NCBI GenBank assembly: GCA_963850305.1
Contig: CAWKKR010000011.1
Coordinates: 288,001-352,000 of the forward strand
From: an uncultured delta proteobacterium
GTDB lineage: Bacteria; Myxococcota_A; Polyangia; Polyangiales; Polyangiaceae
DNA: 64,000 bases
Direction of reading: 5' to 3'
The notes under the pieces: generated by a model
Database searches by the model: none
The model's input: only the letters and a program-made list of their open reading frames with translations
Told to the model about the DNA's origin: nothing
Part shown: one piece after another, positions 56,687 through 64,000 of the stretch
Numbering within the stretch: the stretch's first letter is position 1
How the letters are laid out: each line of letters starts with the position of its first letter
Translations under genes and position numbers: made by a program

Positions 56687-57651
56687 GATGGTCGATGGCG
56701 CTCATCGTTGCCGCCGTTTGCGCGTGCGACCGGGCGGAACCGTCGGCGGGCCCCGTTTTTCACGAGGCAGTGGTTCCAGAGGCCGTCTCGAGTGCGAGCG
56801 GAGCTCTCTTGCCACGAGAGCCACCGCGTTCACTGGTGCTTCGCGGGATGCTGCGCGAAGTGACGTGGCACTACGATCAGACACCGTTCGGTCCCAGCGA
56901 CGTCGTCGTCACCATTCCGGCGGACCTGTCGCCGGGGGAAAAGCTGCCAGTTCTGGTGGCGTTTCATGGACGCGGCGAGTCCCTGAAAGGGCCGGCGCGC
57001 GGCTCGCGCGGGTGGGTCGACGACTACGCGATGGGCACCACCGTCCGGAGGTTGAAGGCCCCGCCGCTCACCTCGGACGATTTTCTCGGGTTCGTCACCA
57101 GCGAAAGACTGACGGCGATCAACCGCGAGCTGGTGGCTCATCCCTACCAGGGCCTCGTGGTCGTGTGCCCCTACCTGCCAGACGGCTTCCGCGGACCGTC
57201 GGGGATCGATCAGGCGCGACTACTCGCCGGCTTCATCACCGAGAAGCTCCTGCCGCGCGCGTATGCGGAGACCCCAGCTGTCGGAACGGCTGCGTCCACA
57301 GGAGTGGACGGAGTAAGCCTCGGCGGACGGGCATCTTTGCTCGTCGGATTTCTACGACCGGAGGCATTTGGCGCAGTTGGCGCCCTCCAGCCGGCAATCG
57401 ACGACGCCGAAGCGGCGAAGTTTGCGGATCTGGCGCGCGCGGCCCATACGAAGAACCCTGCTCTGAAGATTCGCCTTCTCACGAGCGACGGCGATTACTT
57501 TCTCGAACCCACCAAGCTGCTCGCGGGTACTCTCGAGACGGATCGAGTGCCGTACCACCTGGACATCGTGACGGGACCCCACGGTTACGACTTCAACCGC
57601 GGACCCGGCGGGTACGAGATGCTGCTCTTCCACGATCGAGCGCTGCGCTGA
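56683..57651 (+). CDS. Secreted or lipoprotein alpha/beta hydrolase (esterase-like)
   Basis: Signal with Cys, PVLVAFHG, GVSLGG nucleophile elbow, GPHGY; ATGA overlap with dam. Confidence 0.8.
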   Translation: MRWSMALIVAAVCACDRAEPSAGPVFHEAVVPEAVSSASGALLPREPPRSLVLRGMLREVTWHYDQTPFGPSDVVVTIPADLSPGEKLPVLVAFHGRGESLKGPARGSRGWVDDYAMGTTVRRLKAPPLTSDDFLGFVTSERLTAINRELVAHPYQGLVVVCPYLPDGFRGPSGIDQARLLAGFITEKLLPRAYAETPAVGTAASTGVDGVSLGGRASLLVGFLRPEAFGAVGALQPAIDDAEAAKFADLARAAHTKNPALKIRLLTSDGDYFLEPTKLLAGTLETDRVPYHLDIVTGPHGYDFNRGPGGYEMLLFHDRALR

Positions 57652-57654
57652 TGC

Positions 57655-58263
57655 TCAAGATGCGTGCTTGACGTCGAATTGAATCACGCGCCCTGGGAGC
57701 TCGCTCACGGTGGTGACGGGAGTGGCGCCGAAGTTCAACACGACGCCCTCGAGCTGGCCGAGCTGGTATTCCCAGCTACCGTAGACGGGACCGAATGAGA
57801 GTCGAATGGTCTGGGCGTCGAGCTCCTGCCCGGTGACGGACCAACCGCCGGGAGCCATCTTCTCGTAGATGAAAGGAGTCTTCAGCAGCGCCGAGCGCGC
57901 ATCCCCCACCGCGGCGAGGATCACCTTGCCGAACGTCGACTCGGCGAAAACGGCAAAGTCGTCGCGCCCGAGATGGCGGAGGCCTTCGCGCAATCCGACG
58001 CCAGGGTAGATCTTGTGGGCGGCCGCGCCCGTGACGCGAACGTAGTCCGCCTGCGGATAGTCGCTGAACGGGACGTACTTTCCGAGGCGCGGCGGCGCCT
58101 GGAGACGGGCCTCGACATCCGCAAACCCGCTCCCGAGTTGACCCAGCACTCGCGAAAAGAACATGCCCTTCACCTGGTACGTCGGCGGGATATTCCGCGC
58201 GGTGGCCTCGATATCGATGGTCCCCTGAAGGACCGCGGTCGGAGTAAGGGTGACACTATTCAC
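57655..58263 (-). CDS. DUF2378 / TIGR02265-like Myxococcota protein
   Basis: VKGMFF, Y..FSDYP, LG......F.ESTFGK and G.LEG pattern. Confidence 0.75.
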   Translation of the reverse strand: MNSVTLTPTAVLQGTIDIEATARNIPPTYQVKGMFFSRVLGQLGSGFADVEARLQAPPRLGKYVPFSDYPQADYVRVTGAAAHKIYPGVGLREGLRHLGRDDFAVFAESTFGKVILAAVGDARSALLKTPFIYEKMAPGGWSVTGQELDAQTIRLSFGPVYGSWEYQLGQLEGVVLNFGATPVTTVSELPGRVIQFDVKHAS

Positions 58264-58361
58264 GCAAAGCGTATCTTTGCCGGCGACGACGAGCGTTTGG
58301 AAGCCCCTCGACGAGCCGAGGACGTTTACGGCCGCGAAACGATTGATTTAGGGTTGAAGCC

Positions 58362-60128
58362 GTGACCCGCGAACAGATATCCGAGGAGGTCGAGAAGCTC
58401 GCGGGGACCTGGGCGACCGGCGATCAAGCCGACCGGGCCCTTCGTGCACGGTGTCGTGAGCATCTGGAGCGACTCCGGAACGTCTATCGCGCGCAACCCG
58501 CCGCGTTCGGGACCGATGAAGTCGTGATGCTTCGTCGAGTCGCGGACGCACTCAAGGGACCGACCCCGTCGCGACCTGTTGCAGATTCCGTACGCGCCGA
58601 GCTCAAGGCGACCTTCGGCTACGACACGTTCCGCCCCGGGCAAGAATCCATCGTCGAAGCCGTGCTCACAGGAAGGGACTGCATCGGCGTCATGCCGACC
58701 GGGGCGGGCAAGTCGCTCACCTATCAGCTACCCGCTCGCGTCCTAGGTGGCACCACACTGGTCGTGTCGCCCCTCATCGCCTTGATGAAGGACCAGGTCG
58801 ATGCGATGGGTGAAATCGGCATCCGCGCGACGTTCCTCAATTCTTCATTGGAGCCGAACGAACGAACGCGACGCATCGAAGAACTTCGATCCGGCGCGTA
58901 CGAGCTCGTGTACGCGGCGCCCGAGGGACTCGAAGGGGCTGTCGGCGCTGCGCTCCGCCGTGTGAAGCTCTCGCTCATCGCGGTGGATGAGGCGCATTGC
59001 ATCAGCCAGTGGGGGCATGATTTTCGTCCCGCTTACCGGAATCTGTCCGGACTTCGTCGCAAGTTCGGGAACGTGCCCATCCTCGCGCTCACCGCGACCG
59101 CGACGCCGGAAGTGATGCGGGACATCGTCGAGCAACTCGGAATGACGGAGCCGGCCAAGTATCGCGGTTCGTTCTTCCGCTCCAACCTGCGCATCCACGC
59201 GTACAAGAAAGGCGCGGAGCGCGGGCTCAACGTGCGCGAGTCCATCTTGCGTCTCGTGCGGGGCCGACGTCACGAGAGCGGCATCGTTTACTGCTTATCG
59301 AGAAAGTCGGTCGAGGGCATAGCGGAATTCCTCGCTCACAACGGCATCGCTGCGCGCGCGTACCACGCCGGTATGGCACCGGAGGAACGGGCGAGCGCGC
59401 AAGACGCGTTCCGGCGTGACGACGTCGCGGTCATCGTCGCCACCGTCGCCTTTGGAATGGGCATCGACAAGTCGAATATCCGTTACGTCATCCATCGCGA
59501 CATGCCCCGCTCCGTGGAAGGCTATTATCAGGAGATCGGACGGGCGGGACGGGACGGCGTCGCAAGTGACTGCGTGCTCTTTTACTCGTACGCGGACGTC
59601 ATGAGTTACGACAGGTTCTCGGGTGACGCGGAAGACGGGATCGCCGAACGTCAGCGGCGACAGGTTCGGGAAATGTTCTCGATGATGGACGCGCGCGAGT
59701 GCCGGCATCAGGCCATCGTCGGGTACCTGGGAGAAACGATCGCGCCGTGCCTGCATTCTTGCGACGTGTGCACGGGGGTCGACGTCGTCGCAGAGGCTCC
59801 GCGCGTGGCGGCCAAATCCAGACGGAGCCGTGCGGCGTCGCGGAGCGAGTCGGCACGCGAACCCTCGCTCGATGGCGACTACACGGAAGGCACGTCGACC
59901 CAAATCCGCGGCAATCTATTCGAACGGCTGCGGGAGCTCCGGAAGACGCTCGCTGACGCGCGCAACGTCCCCGCGTACGTCGTATTCAGTGACGCAACGC
60001 TCCTCGAAATGGCCGCAACGAAGCCGACGACGGAAGCCGCTCTGCTCGACGTGTCCGGAGTGGGACCGAAGAAGCTCGAGACGTACGGGGAGACGTTCCT
60101 TGCGCTGATCCGCGCCTTCGACGGCTGA
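58362..60128 (+). CDS. recQ: RecQ-family ATP-dependent DNA helicase with HRDC domain
   Basis: TFRPGQ, MPTGAGKS, DEAHCISQWGHDFRP, TATA, FGMGIDK, QEIGRAGRDG, CR...C..CDVC, then HRDC (VPAYVVFSDATL). Confidence 0.95.
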   Translation: MTREQISEEVEKLAGTWATGDQADRALRARCREHLERLRNVYRAQPAAFGTDEVVMLRRVADALKGPTPSRPVADSVRAELKATFGYDTFRPGQESIVEAVLTGRDCIGVMPTGAGKSLTYQLPARVLGGTTLVVSPLIALMKDQVDAMGEIGIRATFLNSSLEPNERTRRIEELRSGAYELVYAAPEGLEGAVGAALRRVKLSLIAVDEAHCISQWGHDFRPAYRNLSGLRRKFGNVPILALTATATPEVMRDIVEQLGMTEPAKYRGSFFRSNLRIHAYKKGAERGLNVRESILRLVRGRRHESGIVYCLSRKSVEGIAEFLAHNGIAARAYHAGMAPEERASAQDAFRRDDVAVIVATVAFGMGIDKSNIRYVIHRDMPRSVEGYYQEIGRAGRDGVASDCVLFYSYADVMSYDRFSGDAEDGIAERQRRQVREMFSMMDARECRHQAIVGYLGETIAPCLHSCDVCTGVDVVAEAPRVAAKSRRSRAASRSESAREPSLDGDYTEGTSTQIRGNLFERLRELRKTLADARNVPAYVVFSDATLLEMAATKPTTEAALLDVSGVGPKKLETYGETFLALIRAFDG

Positions 60129-60218
60129 GAATGCACCGACACTCCGGCGCGTCGGCCGGAGCGGCTCGTGGGGCACGAAGTTTGCTCCCATCGATCGGTC
60201 AAGCGAAGGGGAGCCCAT

Positions 60219-60746
60219 TTGAACCGAGACCGATACGTCGTTGACATCATGACACCGAACCCCGTGATCATCGGCACTGATGCCCTCGCATGGACGGCGG
60301 ACTGCCTCGCGGAACAGCGAGATGTTCATCATTTGATCGTGATGGAACACTACGAGCTCGTCGGCGAAGTCTGTCGTTGCGACCTGCGGTCCGTGAAAGG
60401 AGGAATGCGCGTGGGAGATTGCATGCGGTCGCCTCCCATCACCGTCGAAGATCAGGAGACGACGCGCGACGCGGTCGGGCGCATGGCGCAATGCGGCGTC
60501 GGGTGTCTTCCCGTGGTCGATTGGATGGGTGCCCTTCACGGCGTGGTCACGAGACGGGATTTGCGGCGGGTCGGTGCTTTGCCCGAGCGCCAATCCCGCG
60601 CGTGCGCCGCATGTGGTTCGTCGCACGGCATCGGTCCAGCGGGAGGGGATGAGGAGATCGTCTTTTGCAGCCGGTGCACCGAACTCATGCACCCACCCCG
60701 GACGACCGTGGACCATATTTATTGGGCGCTGGGCGGCAGCGACTGA
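60219..60746 (+). CDS. CBS-pair protein with C-terminal CxxC...CxxC zinc ribbon
   Basis: Two CBS repeats (VDIMT..., VGDCM..., LPVVD..GVVTRRDL), then CAAC...CSRC. Confidence 0.8.
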   Translation: MNRDRYVVDIMTPNPVIIGTDALAWTADCLAEQRDVHHLIVMEHYELVGEVCRCDLRSVKGGMRVGDCMRSPPITVEDQETTRDAVGRMAQCGVGCLPVVDWMGALHGVVTRRDLRRVGALPERQSRACAACGSSHGIGPAGGDEEIVFCSRCTELMHPPRTTVDHIYWALGGSD

Positions 60747-60874
60747 AGCTTTTCGCCACAGTGAGCGCCCCCTTGTCGTCGAAAACGACTCTTCGAGAAC
60801 TTTTTCCAGCCCCGGGCGTCCAATGCCTCTGAGCCTCGACGAGCCACGGAGCGGTCGAGAGCCGGAGGTCACAC

Positions 60875-62814
60875 ATGTCGAATCAGGGTGAACTGGCCCG
60901 TGCGCCAGGCAGGATACGTCCGTCCCGAGGCGCATCGAGAATCGCGTGCCGGCGCGGGATAGCCGCGACCTTGTTCCTGGCCTTCGGGTGCGGGCGTGCG
61001 CTCCCGAAGGCGTCGCAACCCGACATCGGTGCCAAGGGGGAGCGACCGGCGGAAGCCGTGGCCCCTCCTGCCGAAGGCAGAGCGGTCCGAGACGACAAGG
61101 ACGATGCGAAGACGGCGATTCGCAATGATTCGACCACACGAGTAGCCATAGAACCTCTTATCGCACCCACACCGGTAACCACGGCGGAGGATGGACCGTC
61201 GACGGCGGCGCCGTTCGACCGTTCGATTGCGCCGGAGACGGACCGGTTCGGGGAGTTCTCGGCCGGCACCGCGGGGAACGGCATCGGCGGTCGCGCGACG
61301 AAGCACGGCGTTTCCACTCCCGCGATGGGCATGAGTGCACCGCAAGCCGTACTGGTGCCACCGACCGGCTCGTCCCGCGCGACGACGTTCAACACGGAAG
61401 CGTACCGAGCCACGGAGGACAATCCGTTCGAACTCGCGACGGAAGCGCCACTATCGACGTTCTCGGTCGACGTCGACACGGCATCGTACTCGAACATGCG
61501 ACGCTTCGTGGAGGAGGGCCATCGTCCACCTGCGGACTCGATCCGTGCTGAAGAATGGATCAACTATTTCGGATACGACGATCCGCTCCCGGCGAACGGA
61601 GAACCCATCGCGGTGGAGACCAACGTCACGGAATGCCCGTGGGCGACGGGACACGAGCTACTTCGCGTCGCGCTCTCGACCGCGCCGATCGCGGAAGACA
61701 GGGTCCCGCCCCGGAATCTGGTGTTCTTGATCGACGTATCCGGATCGATGGAGCCGGCAAACAGGCTTCCACTGTTGAAGCGTGGGCTCGAGCTCCTGGT
61801 CCGGCAGCTCCGTTCCATCGATACGCTGTCGATCGTCGTCTACGCGGGCGCGTCGGGCCTTGCGTTGCCTCCGACGTCGGGCGCCGAGCAATCCAAGATT
61901 CTCACCGCGCTTCAGAGCCTCGAGAGCGGCGGCTCGACGAACGGCGCCGAGGGAATGAACCTCGCCTATCAAGTCGCGGAGCATCAGATGAAGCCGGGGG
62001 GATCAATCGCGTGATCCTCGCGACGGACGGCGACTTCAACGTCGGGGTCACGAGCGAAGGGGAGCTCGAGCGGCTCATCGAGCAAAAGAGAAAGTCGGGC
62101 GTCTTCCTGACCGTGCTCGGCTTCGGTGAAGGGAATCTCAAGGACGCGACCATGGAAATGCTCGCCGACAAGGGCAACGGCAACTACGCATACATCGATT
62201 CGCTCGCAGAAGCGCGCCGGGTGCTAGTTCGAGAGGCGGGGGCGACGCTCGTCACGGTCGCCCAGGACGTGAAGCTGCAGCTCGAATTCAACCCTGCTCG
62301 GGTGAAGAGCTATCGCCTGGTCGGATACGAGGATCGCGTTCTGGCGGACCGGGACTTCAACGACGACACGAAGGATGCGGGCGACCTCGGTGCCGGCCAC
62401 CATGTGACCGCGCTCTACGAGATAGTGCCACCCTCCGTGCACGAATCCGGAGGAAGGCCGCCGACCGATGCGCTCAGATACCAGACCGCCCGTGAGCAAA
62501 CGTCCGCTTCGGCGAGCGACGAACTGGTCACGGTGAAGATTCGATACAAGGCCCCCGGTGGCAGCAAGAGTGCACTCCTGTCACGGCCCGTGCTGGACCG
62601 TGTCCTGTCGCTCGCCGACGAACCGGAGAGCGTGCGCTTTTCCGCAGCCGTCGCCGAGTACGCCCTCACCCTCCGCGGCGCTCCAGGATTCGGAGTGGAC
62701 AAGCTCGCAGGTGCCCGCGCGCTCGCTTCGGGAGCGCTGGGTGGGGATCCGCGAGGCGAACGACGTGAGTTCGTGGCGCTCATGGACCGTGCGAGCCGTC
62801 TGCCGAAGGACTGA
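60875..62814 (+). CDS. YfbK-like vWA domain lipoprotein, -1 frameshift in the G-run at 61996-62001
   Basis: PLSTFSVDVDTASYS, EEWINYF, LIDVSGSM; after the shift, INRVILATDGDFNVG, GNGNYAYID, YRLVGYE. Confidence 0.9.
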
Positions 62815-64000
62815 TCGCTCGAAGGCTCGTGAGGACGAGCGCGAGGTCGGGCGCGAGCGTCGCTTCGAACGACAGCGTCAGACCCTCGAGTGACAATCGA
62901 ACGCTGCGTCGGTGCAGGAATGGACGATCGAGGAAGTGGCGCGTGAGAAAGTGGACGTTCGTCCGGTGATCGCCATACCGCTCGTCGCCGACGACGGGAT
63001 GCCCGACGGACGCGAGGTGGCGCCGGCTCTGATCCTCGTGCGCTTCCTCGGGACGCACGACCAGGAGTGAATGTCCACCGATGACCTCGCGGCGTACATA
63101 CCGGCTGCGCGCCGGCTGCGCTCGACCTCGTTCCGGCAGCGGTCGTCGAACGGTGCCCTTGGCGCGGGCAATACCGCGGACGAGGGCGACGTACTCCTCT
63201 TCACCCTTGGCGACCGCCTGGGCTACAAGCGGGACCTGTTCGGGCCCGCGCGCGAACAGGCACACGCCGCTCACGCCGACATCGAGCCGTCGCACCGATA
63301 CGGCGCGCTCGGCGCCGGGAAGAAGCCTGACGCGACTCAGCAGCGACCCCGTGTGGCCACCCTGGGGCTCGACTGGCTCGTGCGGACTTTTGACGGCGGC
63401 GATGAGCATTTCGTCTTCGTGGAGGATCGCGGGCGGCCCCGCGTGCTGTGGCTCCAGAATGGCGAGGGTCTCCACCTCTTCCGTCAAGGGCATCATGTCG
63501 AACGGTGTCAGCGCGCGCGCAGCCAGCCCACGGCGTCCGAGGTCCGACAGATCGCGGGCGAGCGTGGACGGCTCGCACGAGACGTAGACGAGAACCTTCG
63601 CTGACAGGTGAGCGATGGCCGCGCGCACGGATGGTGAAAGCCCTCGGCGCGGCGGATTCACGACGACGACATCGAACGTTTGTCGTTCGACGACGAGCCG
63701 GCGAACGACGTCTTCTGCATCGGCAGCCTCCACCGAAACGTCGAGGCCCTGCAGCTTCGCGGCGCGCCGGGCGAGATGCGCCGCAGGCCCGAACGCTTCG
63801 ACCGCCACGACACTCGCCCCTCGAGCAGCGAGTGCGAGCGACAGAATTCCGACTCCCGCGTAGAGGTCGAGCACGCGGCCGCGGTCGAGCGCACGACTTT
63901 CGAGTGCGCCACGAATGGACTCCAGGATGGCGCGCTGTTGGGCTCGGTGCGCCTGAGCGAAGCTGCCGGGCGCGACGAAATGGAACGGACCGTCCGGGGC
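62780..64000 (-). CDS. RlmD/TrmA-type RNA (uracil-5)-methyltransferase fused to a C-terminal RluA-like pseudouridine synthase domain; 5' partial
   Basis: SFAQ, LDLYAGVG, NPPRRG, YVSC, FDMMP.T.EVE; then ILHED, RRLDVGVSG, YVALVRG, GHPVVGDERYG, LH. Confidence 0.85.
   Translation of the reverse strand, partial: APDGPFHFVAPGSFAQAHRAQQRAILESIRGALESRALDRGRVLDLYAGVGILSLALAARGASVVAVEAFGPAAHLARRAAKLQGLDVSVEAADAEDVVRRLVVERQTFDVVVVNPPRRGLSPSVRAAIAHLSAKVLVYVSCEPSTLARDLSDLGRRGLAARALTPFDMMPLTEEVETLAILEPQHAGPPAILHEDEMLIAAVKSPHEPVEPQGGHTGSLLSRVRLLPGAERAVSVRRLDVGVSGVCLFARGPEQVPLVAQAVAKGEEEYVALVRGIARAKGTVRRPLPERGRAQPARSRYVRREVIGGHSLLVVRPEEAHEDQSRRHLASVGHPVVGDERYGDHRTNVHFLTRHFLDRPFLHRRSVRLSLEGLTLSFEATLAPDLALVLTSLRAISPSADGSHGP

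Noticed and set aside
55811..57651. Type II restriction-modification pair
   Set aside because: The gene after dam is an exported GxSxG hydrolase, not a nuclease.
1..64000. tRNA, rRNA, integrase or transposase genes
   Set aside because: None recognised by eye; a covariance-model scan would be needed to exclude small RNAs.

Overview
A GC-rich (roughly two-thirds G+C by eye), gene-dense bacterial window that reads as Myxococcota, probably Polyangiales-like. The evidence is MYXO-CTERM-type sorting tails, AgmX/PglI-like C-terminal domains, DUF2378-like proteins, FHA-GGDEF proteins and a kinase-sigma54 activator fusion. Housekeeping genes include rsmD, truA, putA, pilMNOPQ, cdsA, gdhA, recQ and an rlmD-like gene. 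Best candidate for an undescribed system: a tightly coupled five-gene minus-strand operon (8957-14316), FHA-GGDEF / class III aminotransferase / LuxE-like / LuxC-like / FHA-GGDEF, with no luxAB or luxD. It suggests an acid-to-aldehyde-to-amine pathway linked to phosphothreonine-controlled c-di-GMP synthesis. Other points of interest: a serine palmitoyltransferase plus ceramide-synthase pair; a ferredoxin-reductase-AlkB triple fusion with a divergent AraC regulator and a 21-bp-period operator; a Ser/Thr kinase-GAF-sigma54 activator coupled to an orphan Dam methylase; an RlmD-RluA fusion; and a mosaic accessory stretch (about 23-32 kb) with gene remnants. About six single-base frameshifts, mostly in short homopolymers, look like long-read assembly errors. 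No rRNA, tRNA, CRISPR array or transposase was recognised. All family calls come from motif recognition by eye; no searches were run.
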